Shown here: positions 48,190 to 61,340 of the stretch, one piece after another
Layout of the letters: every line of letters starts with the position of its first letter
How positions within the stretch are numbered: position 1 is the first letter of the stretch
NCBI RefSeq assembly: GCF_030463535.1
Contig: NC_132885.1
Location: 19,665,786 to 19,729,785 of the forward strand
Reading direction: 5' to 3'
Source: Salminus brasiliensis
Taxonomy: Eukaryota
Length of the DNA: 64,000 nucleotides
Program-made: the position numbers and the translations under genes
Notes under the pieces: generated by a model
Database searches by the model: none
The model's input: only the letters and a program-made list of their open reading frames with translations
Told to the model about the DNA's origin: nothing

Positions 48190-48300
48190 GGCAGACATTG
48201 GCTGAGCCTCGGAGAGCAGTACAAGTCCCGCCCACAAACGCGTCCGCGTTCGCTGATTGGTCCACAACAAAGGTTCTCAACTCTCAGAGGAACTCGGCGG
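48190..48300 (+). promoter_or_regulatory. trim45: Putative TRIM45 promoter: GC box (gtcccgccc), inverted CCAAT (gctgattggtcc)
   Basis: Motifs lie 230-340 bp upstream of the ATG at 48531. The local GC-rich stretch is gcgtccgcgttcgc. Confidence 0.35.
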
Positions 48301-48530
48301 AGAGTCGCCAAACTTTGTTGGAGGCAGAAAGTAAAGAGTATTTATTAACGGTGTTTATCCTTAGAACGGTTTTCATAAACTTAACAGAGTCAGGAATTTC
48401 AACTGTAGTCAGATTTCTGAGGTGTTTTTGAGGCTCGCCTGGTTTTCTTCTTTGTTATTCGGTTATTCGGAGCCATTCTGGCGAAAGTGTTGCAGAGCTG
48501 ACTGGATTTAGCTACGTTGCTACGGTTACG

Positions 48531-49021
48531 ATGTCATTCCGTGAGGGAGATCTAGCTCACGAGCCCAAGTCTGGGATTAAGACGATCCACGGGAATGGGA
48601 ATGGGAATGGGAATGGGAATCTCAGTAACTCCAGAGCCGTGTGTCGGGTCTGTGACCGGATGTTTAGGGAGCCTAAAATCCTCCCGTGTCTGCACACTTT
48701 CTGCGCCGACTGTATTCGGCAGATCGAGCCGTTCTCCGTGCTGGGCGCTGACCGGAGGAGACCGTGGTCTGGGGATGAGGGTCTCGGGCGCAGTCCGATC
48801 CCTCTGACGGTCCTGTGTCCTGCGTGCGATTCCGAAGTGGACCTGCCCTCATCGGGCGTGGATGGGCTCACTACTGACCACCTTGCCCTGGACGAAGTGT
48901 TCATGGAGACTCTCCTGTTGGAGGACAGCGTCTTGTGTGATCTGTGCAGCGACAGTGATGCAGGGAAGCGGTGTGAGGTGTGCTGCGTCAACCTCTGCGA
49001 CTTCTGTAGCCAGGCTCACAG
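48531..49021 (+). CDS. trim45: TRIM45 coding exon 1 (RING C3HC4 plus B-box 1)
   Basis: CRVCDRMFREPKILPCLHTFCADCIRQIEPFSV...VLCPACDSEVDLPSSGVDGLTTDHLA...CDLCSD...EKRC.VC..NLCDFCSQAHR resembles human TRIM45 CPLCLGLFKAPRLLPCLHTVCTTCLEQLEPFSV...ILCPVCDAQVDLPMGGVKALTIDHLA...CDLCND...CQTCKANLCHFCCQAHR. Donor ag|gtcagt. Confidence 0.9.
48591..48620 (+). repeat. trim45: (GGGAAT)5 hexanucleotide repeat inside TRIM45 exon 1, encoding (GN)5
   Basis: cac GGGAAT x5 ctc gives HGNGNGNGNGNL. Confidence 0.9.
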
Positions 49022-49739
49022 GTCAGTATGAGCTCATGTTTATTGGTGTAAATGTACAGACTGTCTTATGCAAACGTTTCCATGCGTTTTTGGTTTTCTA
49101 AGTGGGATTAGGTTCACATCCTCTACAAAGACACGTCTGCACATTCCCAAGCACAGTTACTGTGTATGATGTGCTTGATTGAACATATTGCAAAGACTAC
49201 AAAATGTTCAAAAATAATGGCAAATGAAATAAGTTATATATATGTTAATTTCAGATAATATACAGAAATTGAGCTTTAAAATGTGTCATATTTAAGTTAT
49301 ATTTCCACCAAGAAAATTAGCTAAATGTGACTTTTCAACAGGGGTGTCCAAACTTTTGCAGAAGACTGTACTCTTGAGTTTTCTATCTTAAGCTTTTTGG
49401 CTTTATTTTTTCCTGCTGTAACTTTTTCTGATTACCGTCATTTTTATTAGATATTAATTTATATTACTTTTAACTGCTGAAATCATGAACTAATGTTTTT
49501 TTTCTCTTTCCAACAAATTAATCTCATTAATGTTACCATGTCATAAAAGAATCCAAATAATTATAGATTTTCTATCATTTCTATTGGTCCATCCATCATG
49601 AAATTTTGACACAATGTAAATAAGAACAGCCAGATTTACATAATCTCAAACAATGAACAAAATGGCATTACTACATTTATTATATGCTATATGTATATTT
49701 ATTATATTAATATACACTATTTGTATTTTTTATACACTA

Positions 49740-50140
49740 TATGTCCACTATATGTGCAGACACCTGCTTATCCAGTGTTTCTTCTCAAATAAAGTGTGTT
49801 AAAGTGTGTTAATAGGGAGTTTGTCTTCTCTTTATTATGATAACGGCTTCATCTCTTGTAAGAAGGCTGGAAGGCATGACACTAGACATTATAACATTGC
49901 TATAAGGATTTGATTGCTTTTCAGCAATGAATGAGGTACTGATAAACATGTACCTCTTTTGGAATAAACAAACAAACATAATTTCAAACGTGCAAAGTCT
50001 CACATGCAGCTGCTTTTCTATAGAGATTGTACACTGTATGCTCAACAGAACGCCTCTGTCAGCAATGGGTGCACTTTAGAGTAGCTAAACACACTTATTA
50101 AAAAGGGTGTCTGGATGTGTTTGGACATATAGTGCCGCAA
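49740..50140. mobile_element. Deleted Tc1-like element in TRIM45 intron 1 (TIRs cactatatgtccactatatgtgcagacacc / ggtgtctggatgtgtttggacatatagtg)
   Basis: Inverted termini about 400 bp apart. Confidence 0.5.
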
Positions 50141-50387
50141 GACCTTCATGAGTTGAATTTAGATTGTTAGCAGAGAGAAATCTCTGCAGGGCTGTGGCTT
50201 TGGGTGCAGCTGCAGTCTCTATGACCACCCCCCTTCCCACTTAACAGAAGAAGCCAATAATATTTTTTGTGGACACAAAATTTAGGCCCAAGGGCCCCTG
50301 GGTGGCCAGTTAAGCTTTCCCCCAGCTGTGGCCTTCCAGCACAGACTTTGATATGTCTGACTTAACACATTGCACTGTTCTCCACAG

Positions 50388-51139
50388 GAGGCAGAAGCGG
50401 ACATCAAGTCACTCTATCCATAGCTTGGACGACCTGAAGTCCCAGGGTCGTCTCTCCCGGCCTGTCCTGTGCTCGCTGCACCCAGGTCAGGAGCTGCGGC
50501 TCTTCTGTGACCCCTGTGACCTGGCCGTTTGCCTGGAGTGTGCTGCCGCGTTTCACCGGGACCACCAGTGCAGCCCAACTCATGATGTCATTAACCAGCA
50601 TGGTGATCGTATCCGGGAGCTGGTTTCTGGGAGCCTGAGGCCTCGTCTCGGCCGTCTGGAGGAGGCGCTGCGACGTGTGGAGATATCCCAGGAAGCCTTA
50701 AAGACTCGCACTGATTCGCTGGCGAGCGAGATTCGGGCTTTTGCTCGGAGCTATGCCAGTGCGGTGGAGGCCCACTGCTGCTCTCTGCTGCGCACTCTGG
50801 AGGAGCTGAGGCTTCAGCGGCGAAACCAGCTCAACCTGCAGAGCGTCCAGCTGCAGCAGGCACTGTCCGACGCCCGCGGAAGTGTGGAGTTCGCAGAACG
50901 CCTGCTCACATGTGGCTCTGAAGCAGAGATCCTGAGTGCCAAGGGAGTCACCATGAGGAGGTTAATGAGCCTGCTGGAGTGTGGCTATGATCCACACCCA
51001 GCCACAGTCGGGAATGACAACGGTAGCAGTATGTACTTTTTACCACAGGAGAGCGCTGGGCAGGTGGACAGCTTCCCCATGGTTGGAGTCCTGCATGCCA
51101 GGACAGTAGACCCCAGCAAATGCACCATCCAGGGAGAAG
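50388..51139 (+). CDS. trim45: TRIM45 exon 2 (B-box 2 plus coiled coil)
   Basis: RQKRTSSHS...PVLCSLHPGQELRLFCDPCDLAVCLEC...HQCSPTHDVINQHGD...VDPSKCTIQGE resembles human RQKKTTYHT...PILCPVHPAEELRLFCEFCDRPVCQDC...HPCDFTSNVIHKHGD...VDPAKCVLQGE. Confidence 0.9.
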
Positions 51140-53389
51140 GTAAGGATAAGGGTTAAAGAGGCAAGTTAGCAGTAGTTCATGGAAAAACATGATGGATTCT
51201 TTTGCCCTATCACAGAGCATGTAGGAGGTACTGGTGCATATTTCAGCAATAGAAGAATAGTTTATTAGGCAGCTTTGTCGTTCAGCTGAAAGAAAAGCGA
51301 TTTAGTGGTGGAGGGGTGGAGTTACTGAATGACACATTGGTTCTGGGCCATACAAGGCTAAGGTCCTGGACATAACTATTTTTGTAATTACTATTTTTGC
51401 TAGTTATTGGATAATATAGCTCTGGGAAGACACAGCTGTGATGAGCAGTCAAGGTTATTTCATAGTTAGTGATTTCTGAATGCTCTCATAGTTCAAATAT
51501 TAGTTCTGTGATGTTTAAATTTGAGGAATAACTTCTTTGCATTATAATTAGTATAATCATTTATTTGCATTATTTGAGCAGTTGATATTTCTGCAAATAA
51601 ATGCTCCAAAAAGCAGTATTTTTATTTGGAATTCAGGGGAAATGTTGTCCGTGGTTTTATGAAATACAACGCAAATGCAAATTTCCCTAAACACACTGCT
51701 TATAAATAGTAAAACCAGAGAAACTGATAATGTAGGGTGGTCTCTCTTTCCAGAGCTTTTTCCAGAATGCTAAAACTGAAGAATTGCATGTCAATATAAT
51801 GATGTATTGATATTAACAATAAATCACCCAGAACTGTAAAAACTTGATGAAGCAATTTTAGATGTTTTGATGTTGATATTGAGTGTAGGTGTGTGACTGG
51901 CTCAGTACCCAGGCGAGCAATATCAGTTCTCGCACAATGCTGTTTTACTTCCTAACCCCACTGTAGAAATAGTTAAATCCACTGTAGACAACTCTAGGGC
52001 ACGGGTGCATAAGGGGTCAGATACAATGAACTCTGCAGAATTTGCAGAGAGTACAGCTGCAGCAGGCACACATGCTGTCACTACTAGAGTGCATACCACT
52101 GCCACACTCTCATGCTCTCATCTGGATTTGCTCCAAACCACATTATTCACAATGAAAATACATCACCTGCCTCTTCAGTCAGTTCTGTTCTGTTTGAACA
52201 TCTTACTTTTTCTGCCACAAGCAGAATATACAAACACACACACACACATGCACGCACATGCCTGGGGGAATGGAATGCAGGGAACACTAGTAGATCACAT
52301 TCCTGGTTCCCATGGCAACTTTTCAGTTGGTGGTGTCAGTCCTGGTTTCCTTTGCTGTGTCACAACGTGCCTCATTAGAGGTTCACTTACCAGCCAGACT
52401 GTTAAAAAGACCCTGAGATGGTGTGAAAAGCACACAGCTGTGTGTATTATCATTAGTAACTATTATCATTTATTATTTTTTTATTATTTTGTTTTTTAAC
52501 CAGGTGAGCAGTTTTGAAGTATGACTTTGTTTCTGTCTGAATTAAACCCTGCACTGTGGTGCAGAAAAAGCTCAGAGAGAAGCATAGTCAATGCACTCTC
52601 TTTACTATAGTGTCTCTGTAAAAACCACCTCCATTGTGTAGTGTGCTAAGTCTGTGTGTTGCCTGTACTGAGATAAAAACACTTATGTGAAATCCTCTGT
52701 CAGCAGCTTGTCGCTACATATTGCACCCATGTCCTACTTCTACAGTCACTGTGCTGCTAGAACGTTTGCGAACCTTCTGGCTTGCCCATGTGGTCTGGAG
52801 TAAACGTTTTGGAGGGTAATGGCTTCCTCCTTGCTCTCTTGCCACAAACACAGTTCTTATTCAGTGGTGGACACAGGGACATTGACATCACTCAGTGCAA
52901 GATATCTGCCAATCTGACTGCCTATTTTATTGGGAGGGTAACTGTAGTATATATTTTTGTCATTTGTATAATTAGACTCTAGATGATTCTGATTTATGCA
53001 AAAGTTTTAAAAAAAAATGGGAAGGCTCCGAAACCTTTCTAGTGGCACTGGACCTGATTTGTAGTTTGAAATGTAGGTGACTAAGAGTCAGTTTTTCACA
53101 CAACTGCAGTGCCAGTGGTGACTCGAGGCTTAATAGGCTTAATATGGCTCTAAAAACTAGCTCTAAAGCTTGACACTGTTCTCTTTGATAGGATTTAGAT
53201 CTGAGAACCAGGTATGTGCTAGTGTAAATAACAATAGGCCATTCCACTCAGACAGGGCAAAACAAAAAAATAAATTCTACCTCTTTAGTTTAGTGCTTGT
53301 GGTTAATGATGGAGTAACAAGTTATAGAATGCAAAGCTCTGGAGCAGCTGCACATCTGAGTCTTTGTCTAATGCCATGCGTCAGCTGGG

Positions 53390-53650
53390 GGGTGTTATTT
53401 GGGCAGAACTGTGAGCTGTAGAGCAATGAAACTGTGTTCTCTGGAGGGATGTGCGGTGCTCCACTGAATATCTTTGGGATGAGTTGGTGCAGCGTTTGGC
53501 ATCTAGAACTAATCGTCCAACAACAGTACCTGACCTCACTAATGCTCTTGTGGCTGAATGCAATCAAATCCTCACAGCAAAGTCCCAGAGTCTAGAGAAA
53601 ATCCTCCCCAAATATGCATAGGCTATTACTGCAGGTGGGACAAACTCCCT
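53390..53650 (+). mobile_element. Tc1-like fragment in TRIM45 intron 2
   Basis: Same family: ...cctcactaatgctcttgtggctgaatgcaatcaaatcctcacagcaa... Confidence 0.6.
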
Positions 53651-54260
53651 TTTAATACCCCTGACTGATGAATGATAAATTAAGTAATGGCTTAATCTGT
53701 TACTATTAAAACCTGGCATCATTATTTACTCTACACCAAACCTTTGGGGGCTTTTCATTTTTAGGTGTGTGACTTCTTCTTTGCCGTAGGTTAATTGATG
53801 TGCTTGATGGAAGGAAATGCTGTTGTTATGTTTATTATCCTGACGTTAATCTTTTTTATGTATGTGATAATCCACAAAGTCGTGCCGTAAGACCACAGGC
53901 TCAGATTCAAGTGGCACGTCTGGCTGAGTGTCTGAATCTGAGGTCAGCTACATCTATAAAGCTGGAATTTGTCACTAACAGCTGCAGCTGTAATTAAGAC
54001 AGAGCCCAAGAGCCATGCGCCTGCCATCTGGAGCCATTCACTCCATTTAGCTTTAACTGATAAAATAAAAAGACGTCGAAATGAAAGAGGAAATGTTCAT
54101 TAATAAAATCAGCCCACTGGAGTTCTGCTTTGGTGCTCTGTGCTTTTGTGCCTTATTACAGTCCTCACACAGAAGCTGTAAAAGTCTCCCGGTCTCAGCT
54201 TGTCTCTGAAAAAGGGTCTCCTGAGGAACTAAGGCGTGTTCTGTGCTCTGTAACCCACAG

Positions 54261-54390
54261 GTGTCCAGCAGGGTGTGGTAAGTGAAAGGGGTGAGTTCTC
54301 ACTGGTCTGCAAGGACTCTGCAGGGGAGCCCATGGGCAAAGGAGGAGACCCTGTACTAGTCAGCATAGTCCACAAGGACAGGAAGGACTG
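54261..54390 (+). CDS. trim45: TRIM45 exon 3 (filamin/Ig-like repeat start)
   Basis: FSLVCKDSAGEPMGKGGDPVLVSIVHKDRKD resembles human FTLLCKDAAGEIMGRGGDNVQVAVVPKDKKD. Confidence 0.9.
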
Positions 54391-54473
54391 GTGAGTGTGA
54401 CCCCCAACTGAGAGAGAGTTACTGCCTGCATGCCTTTAAGGTAGTGGTTAAACTGCTGCCCAGAATGATAAAA

Positions 54474-54477
<4 letters not shown>

Positions 54478-54505
<28 letters not shown>
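54478..54505. repeat. Poly(T) run, about 28 nt, in TRIM45 intron 3
   Basis: Direct reading. Confidence 0.9.
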
Positions 54506-54509
<4 letters not shown>

Positions 54510-54880
54510 AGGGAATGCTAATGATGTAACCTACAGGAGTCTCCTGAGTGTTATATGTAATGTGGACAATAGTAATTTTTTGGAAAATAATGACTCTTAT
54601 TTACTATTTTTTAATCTTACTATTCGTCTTAAAATAACTACTTTCTGTAAAGAAGCTTTTGGAGGTATTAAGCCTTCTGAATGAAGGTTTCTATCTGTGC
54701 CACTGTGAACACCTCCGACTTACCGAGTTATTCAAAAATCACTTCTATTTTCACCTTTTAATTATAGAAAAAATTCTGAATATATACTGGACTTCCCCTT
54801 TAAGTGAGTGTGTTTGGGTGTTTTACAGTATACTGATGGCACAACTCTTTTTGTTTCACAAACCTTTTGTTTCCCTTCAG

Positions 54881-54995
54881 TGTAGTGGAGGCGACTGTGG
54901 TAGATAACAGCGATGGTTCATATGCTGTCTCCTACACCCCCATGGAGCCTGGGTCATACTCTGTATGGGTGTGTGTGCAAGCGCAGCACGTGAAG
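54881..54995 (+). CDS. trim45: TRIM45 exon 4 (filamin repeat)
   Basis: DNSDGSYAVSYTPMEPGSYSVWVCVQAQHVK resembles human DNKDGTYYISYTPKEPGVYTVWVCIKEQHVQ. Confidence 0.9.
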
Positions 54996-55104
54996 GTAAA
55001 GCTGGGATTGATAAAACTGTGTTTTAGTTTAACCATCCAGTCTTATTGCTCACAAAGGTGGGATGTCTCTACGACTGATGTCCCAGTGTTCTCTGCTCCT
55101 GCAG

Positions 55105-55231
55105 GGCTCACCTTTTGTGTTGACTGTGAAGAGTAAGTTCCGGCACCATCATGGCATCTTCCACTGCTGCTCCTTCTGCTCCAGTGGTGGCGCTAAAGAG
55201 GCTCGCTGTGGCTGCACAGGAACCATGCCAG
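55105..55231 (+). CDS. trim45: TRIM45 exon 5
   Basis: GSPFVLTVKSKFRHHHGIFHCCSFCSSGGAKEARCGCTGTMPG resembles human GSPFTVMVRRKHRPHSGVFHCCTFCSSGGQKTARCACGGTMPG. Confidence 0.92.
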
Positions 55232-55966
55232 GTAGACGTTTGATAGACTTTAATAGACTTTATGTAGGCTTTAATAAATTACAATAGTCAGGTAGTGGTA
55301 AAAAATTAATGCTGCTGTTTTTTGTATTTCATAATTTTAACAGTTGAAAATAGAATAGAAATAACTATAAATACAAATGAAAACTTATTTATTATTCCAT
55401 AATAAAGTATTATATATTATATAGCACATTTTATTTAGGAAATGGAGCTCAAAGTGTTTCACAATCTATAATAAAAAATTATAAAATACAACAGTAAAAA
55501 AATTAGTTATTTAAATTTCTAATTATTAATAAATTAGAATAAAATATAAAAACAGAAAAATTAAAACACTTTTTTGACGTAATCGATTATATACTACCGT
55601 GTGTGTGTGTTTGTATGTGATTATATATCTGATAGATCTGCTAATTTTGTTGCCTTGTACTTATTCTTACTGTCAACAATATAAAGTAAAATCTATCTAT
55701 TATACATAATCACTACTGTAACTGTTTGATTTACAAAACAAAACACAAAAAAAGGATTAAGCATGAACTTTACAGCATTTTGACTGGAGATCTGCTGTTA
55801 AAAGATTAGCGTAGTCCAGCGTAGTCCTTTTGCACTGTCCAACGGAGAAACTCTAAATGCAGTTTACTATAAAAATAAAATGTACAGATTGCATGTGGTA
55901 TGCTTTTGTAGTACATGAGCTGGTTTTGATACTCATGGTCCTCTGTTGTGTGTTGGGCATGCTCAG

Positions 55967-56115
55967 GAGGCTTCCAGGGCTGTGGACATGGCCATAAGGG
56001 TCATCCAGGAAAGCCGCACTGGTCGTGCTGCGGGAGTGTAGTGGAGGCGTCTGAGTGTGTGCGAACTCTTGGGCCAGGCTCTCCTCGTGGACGTGTCCGA
56101 ACTGTGGAGCTCTAG
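55967..56115 (+). CDS. trim45: TRIM45 terminal exon (stop TAG at 56113-56115)
   Basis: GGFQGCGHGHKGHPGKPHWSCCGS...RTVEL* resembles human GGYLGCGHGHKGHPGHPHWSCCGK...RTVAL*. Total CDS is 1764 nt (587 aa), in frame. Confidence 0.85.
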
Positions 56116-56130
56116 AAAAAGTCCAACATC

Positions 56131-56158
56131 AGGAGGAGGAGGAGGAGGAGGAGGAGGG
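56131..56158. repeat. (GGA)n microsatellite just 3' of the TRIM45 stop
   Basis: aggaggaggaggaggaggaggaggaggg. Confidence 0.9.
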
Positions 56159-57417
56159 GAGTCTTCTCAGATCTACGTTGTACGAGATGTTCTGCAACTT
56201 GCAAACATGCCCTTGTTTTTAATGTCATTGTTATTTTTAAATGTCACACAGTGTCTGTGTCAGTCAGACACACTGTGTCAGGTTATCACACATTATTTCC
56301 AGACAAACACCGAAAATACCACTCCGGCATACCACTCCTTATCATTGTGAAGCCAACAGTTTCACATTGATGCTCTGTTTGAAGTGTTCTGTTTAAATGT
56401 CTATTTGAAGTGCTTTAAGCAAGATTTGAGCCAACCAAAGATTCAAAGGTGCTAAATATGAACATGTGGATCAACAGAGTTAAGTATTCCTAAACCAGCT
56501 GTATGAAGAGAGCAAGATTTTAGCAGGGCTGTATTATAGAATGATTGTATATACCTTCAACACTGCTGTATTTTAATACTCACTCACTGGTTTACTGCAT
56601 CACATCTGTATGAGCGCAGACTCTCTAGGATTGCTCAAGTATAATAATAAACTAGTAATGTTGCATTAGGTCAGTATGGAGAGCAATATATTTTCTTTAA
56701 TCTGTGAATGTGAGTGCTATACCAAAGACTGCCAATTCTATAAATCGCTGCTGTCCAGTGAAAGCCATGCATCTCCAAGTTTTGTCCATTTTTAGTTTTC
56801 TCTGTTTTGAACCCTGTAGCTGCTCTGTACACCATGCACAGTGTAATTCGGGATGAATTAGACCAACAGAAATGCTCTTTTATTTTACATTGACTTCCGT
56901 TCTTCTTCTGTAACGTTCCCAATTTGGAGATGCATGTTTTTCACTGGACTGCAACGAAATATGCTTTGGAACTTTTCATTCCTAAAAACCTTTAATATCT
57001 TTGGTTCCAATGCTAGTATCTGTAGTTTTCCTGTACATCAAATAAACAGTTGGAGCTTTCAGCAAATAGTTAGCTGGACTTATGTCTACTGATAGAATCT
57101 CTGCTTCCTTCCTCCTTTATTGTGTGTCTGTTTTGTGGAAAAGCAAGGTGAATGAAAATATCTAGAAGAATAGTTAGTTGGAAAGACATGTAGCTTGATA
57201 TCACAGGAACACAGATAACGTATCTTGTTACTTTCAGGGCGAGGCTTCTTTGTTTAAAGTGCCAATTAAAATGAACTTACTTTAAAACCTGATAACAGTT
57301 AGCATTTACACATGTGGGTGTTTATTGCATTTTATTTTTGACAATCACTAAAATACTTCCTAATATACTACAAATTATTCGTATAATATTTTATTGACAT
57401 AGGAAAAATAAGCACAT

Positions 57418-58150
57418 ACAGTGGTGCTTAAAAAGTTGTGAGCTATTTAGAATTTTCAATATTTCTGCATAATGTTGACCTTAAACTTCATCAGATTTTC
57501 ACAAAGGTCCTAAAACTAGATAAGGACTAAATATCAGACCGTTATTTATTGAGGTAAATGATCCTATATTACGGATCTGTGAGTGGCAAACGTATGTGAA
57601 CCTTTAGGATTAGCAGATCACTTGAAGGTGAAATTAAAGTCAGGTGTTTTCAGTCACTGGGATGGCAAATATGTGTGAGTGGACGCCCTGTTTTATTTAA
57701 AGAACAGGAGCTATCAAAGTCCATACAAGTTTGTGGAAGTATATCATGGCATGGAAAAAGAGTTTGGACACCAATCCAGTATCAGACAGATGGAGGAACA
57801 AATGGATGAAATTCAAGACCATTATTACCCTCCCCAGCTCGACTAACAACCATCACATCAAGCGCAAGATGTGGGTCATGCAGCAAGACAATGATCCTAA
57901 GCACACGAGTCATGCTACCAAAGAATGGCTAAAAAAGAATGAAGTTAATGTTTTGGAAAGACCAAGTCAAATTCCTGACCCTAATCCAACAGAAATGCTG
58001 TGAAAGGATCTGAAGAAAGCAGTTTATGGGAGTTACCAGAAACATTTAGCCGGGGTCACACCAGATACTTTTAGGACAGTTTAGTGTCTGAATAAAATGT
58101 GTGACATGCTTTTGCTAAAATATCTCGAGGATCAGACAGCACACAGTGAA
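57418..58150 (+). mobile_element. Tc1-like DNA transposon remnant (TIR tacagtggtgcttaaaaagtt...; transposase fragment ...[11 protein letters not shown]...[13 protein letters not shown])
   Basis: ORF 57731..58003 carries the DDE-region signature [10 protein letters not shown] and SQSPDLNP-like motifs. Confidence 0.8.
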
Positions 58151-58685
58151 GAGCTGGTTGAAATGCCTGTTTCTTTTAAATTATAATGCACACACTGTTT
58201 ACTGGTCTTGTCCAACATTACTACCATACTGCCATACACATCTTAAGACTATGTCTAGAGTCTTTTACTAGGCAGGTTCACATGAAATGGCACATGAAAC
58301 ATAACATGCAATTTTATGCCACAACACCTTTTTCAAAACAAGGAGCAGATGTTTTGGTCCTGAACTCCCCACCGTTGAAAGGCCATTGAAGATTCTATGC
58401 AGCCAGTGGTGGTCTGGCAAAACTAGACTTGCCTGTTTTTTCTTGTTGTCCCTGTTTGCAGTAGCTAGCTAACATTTACTTCACCTTGAGTTCACATCTC
58501 TCTCACTCCCTCATTCATGGTCTGCTACAGTCTAAAGTTTGAGGGTAAAAGTACATTTTCCAAGAAGACCCCCCAGAAAAAAGCAGCCCATGACCTTACA
58601 ATTTGACCTTCTGCTTTTGCATGCCTTTGGATGATTGTGGTATAATTGTAACAGGACTGCTTGTAATGCAAGAAGCAGAGCCAAA

Positions 58686-58930
58686 TGTGCAATCTGAGTG
58701 CAATATTGTGCATTAAATTCAATTCAATTATATTAAATTCAAATTTATCAATTAAATCAAATTCAAATGATGTTTATTGTCATATCACATTACACAGGTG
58801 TAAAGGTGAGTGAAAAACTTGCGTAGTCCCTTACAAAAATATACACAATAACTTATTACACTATACGTATACTACACACATTATACACCTACTATACATA
58901 CACTATTTCTACTCTCTTTGTACAGTATGG
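58686..58930. repeat. Second copy of the same dispersed element (head homologous to 250-400) with only a short ctatac-type tail
   Basis: caaatgatgtttattgtcatatcacattacacaggtgtaaaggtgagtgaaaaac resembles caaatcaggtttattgtcacatcacattaatacaggcatgaaggttagtgaaaac at 270-325. Confidence 0.7.
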
Positions 58931-60789
58931 CACTGACATTTCTCTGTATAGATCCAGTTTTAGTAGATGTGCTGCCATATATCTTTCACAACAAATGTTA
59001 TCACAAAGCTTTACAGAGATCCGGGCCTCTTTTGAGCAAGCCAAAGGTGACAGTGGTAGGAAAAACTCCCTCAGATTGAGAGCTCTACCCCAAGACTCAA
59101 AGAGGGAACAAATCCTACTCCGGTCGACACTGGATAACACAACAAATGACAGAACAACAAGACTAAAAATTGACAAAAAAAGCATAGTATCTCCCTTTTA
59201 AGATTTTTTGTCAAATGTACATAAGAGGTTTTGTAATGTAGTGTTTAATTATTTCATCCACTTGCTTTCGCTGATAAGTCTGTAGAAATCTGTGGGATTT
59301 TTTGTACAATGTTATCCCTTCAATGATCAGGTAGCACAGCTTTTTAAACAGAACTTGGTGCACAGGTTCCTAAAGCTGGTCCTGGAGTATCCCCTACCCC
59401 TGCACACATTAGCATTTTACTGCTTTAACACCCCCAGCTCAAGTCAAGAAGGCCTTGTTAATGAGCTGATTTGTTGGATCTGGTGTGTTTAAACTGAGAA
59501 AACACAAAACACTTGCAGGACAGGGAGCCTGCAGGAAGAAGTTGTTATTAGTCAGACGGTTGTTTTCTAACACAGCACTAGGTGGCGGTGATGGACTATG
59601 GCTTAGACACAATGTATAAAAAAAATAATAAAAAAAAGGTCAGGCAGCTCAGGGTCTGCAGTGGAAGTTGTGTAACTTGGTCATTTCTACAGCATGCTCC
59701 TTACATCCTAATTTAAATTGGTATCAGCCCACCAAAACCGGCTGTCTGGACGGAGCATTTACAGTCCAATGTTATTCAGCATGTTATCCGAAAGGGTCGG
59801 TGTGACTGCAGATTTACCTTCCAGTCAGACAGAGGCATACCTGATTGCAATCAGGCTCAGTCTTCAAACTGCTTTTTTTTTGTTTTTTTTGGGGGGGGGT
59901 TTATGAGGCATGCTGCTGCTTGGCCAGAATAGAAACCTGTGACCATATCGGCCTTTTGTTGATAAGGCTAATGACCTGTGGTTCTGGTTCTGGTATTTTA
60001 TTCATTTCATTCAGACCCTGTTAGCCTGCATTTTGCTTTTCTCTATTGATTAGTTCTGTCTATGCAGTGTAATACGCTGTTATTGCCAGTATCGCAATAA
60101 ACTACTTTCTTTATTAAATTCACACCTTTTCAACACAGCTGATTTTCACCTTAGCATAGGCATGTTCAGCCGGCTTCCTCACTGCCTTACATAAGTTCGG
60201 TACAAGGTGAGAACTTGCTGTCTATCAGTCATCCATCACATCTCAGTTCCACGACCCCAGTGTTGTTATAAAAAACCTGGTTCTTTATTCTTCACTTAAA
60301 ATTACAATTTCATCTCTTCATCTCTTATCTTAAAGATTTCAGACACAAGGCTTGTCTGAATAATTTATCTAGATTAGTTTATATCAGCAGTGTGTCAATA
60401 ATTCATTTGCCAAGAGAAATCTGGTTTCCAGGACAACTTGCATAACATAGTATTGGAGCCCCTTTGGGCTGCTTAGATCTGTTTGAAGTAGAGTGCGAGA
60501 TGCTCAGCTCCTCTGCAGAGACCGGTGTCACACATTTAGACCTGACAAGCTGTAGATGAAAAACACACTTAGGTAGGCCCGTATTTTATGCACAGAATTA
60601 GGAGAATATTGGTGTTACGTGTTGAAAACAGGCTATAAAATATAACGTACGCTATATGGGCAAAAGGATTGGGGCACCTGCTCATTCATTGTCTCTTCCG
60701 AAGTTAAGGGTTTGTCCTGCTTTTGGTGGAGTAACTGTCTTTACTGTCCAGGGAAGGCTTTCTACTATAGGGGCATTAGTGAGGTCAGG

Positions 60790-61340
60790 ATTTTGAATGA
60801 TCACCCCCACACCTCATCCGCAACTTCCCAACTCATCCCAAAAGGATTGGATTGAGATCATGCCATCATTCCAGAGAACACAGATCGACTACTCCACAGC
60901 TCAATGCTGGGGGGCTTTATACCCCTCTAGCCCAAGCCTGGCATTAGACATGGTGCCAATAGGTGCATGTCCATCTGCTCTAGAGAGTCCTGTTCTATTG
61001 ACAGTACTTCTCTACAAGGACTAGACAAGCTGTATGCGCATCTCTGAAGTAGCTGAATGGATTTATTAGAAGGGGTGTCCACAAACATTTGGACATATAG
61101 TGTAGTTGCTTGTGTTTGGATAATAAAACCAAAAACACTATGTCCAAAAGTTTATGGACACCTGCTTATTTAACGTTTGTTTCAGTAATAGCTTCTACTC
61201 TTCTGGAAAGGCTTGCTATGAGGATTTGATTGTACTCGGCCACAAGAGCATTACTGAGGTGAAGTACTGATGTTAGTTTTTTAATTCTAGGTCACAAACG
61301 CCTCTTTAACTCATCGCAAAGATATCGGATGGTGCTCTGT
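60790..61340. mobile_element. Rearranged cluster of Tc1-like pieces: a minus-orientation fragment (60790-61030), a back-to-back TIR pair (61060-61160), and a plus-orientation fragment (61160-61340)
   Basis: ggtgtccacaaacatttggacatatagtg is the inverted complement of cactatgtccaaaagtttatggacacc, 40 bp away. Confidence 0.5.

Noticed and set aside
48557-48991. Minus-strand 144-aa ORF and a plus-strand alternate-frame MGMGMGMG ORF
   Set aside because: They overlap TRIM45 exon 1, whose RING/B-box frame is unambiguous.
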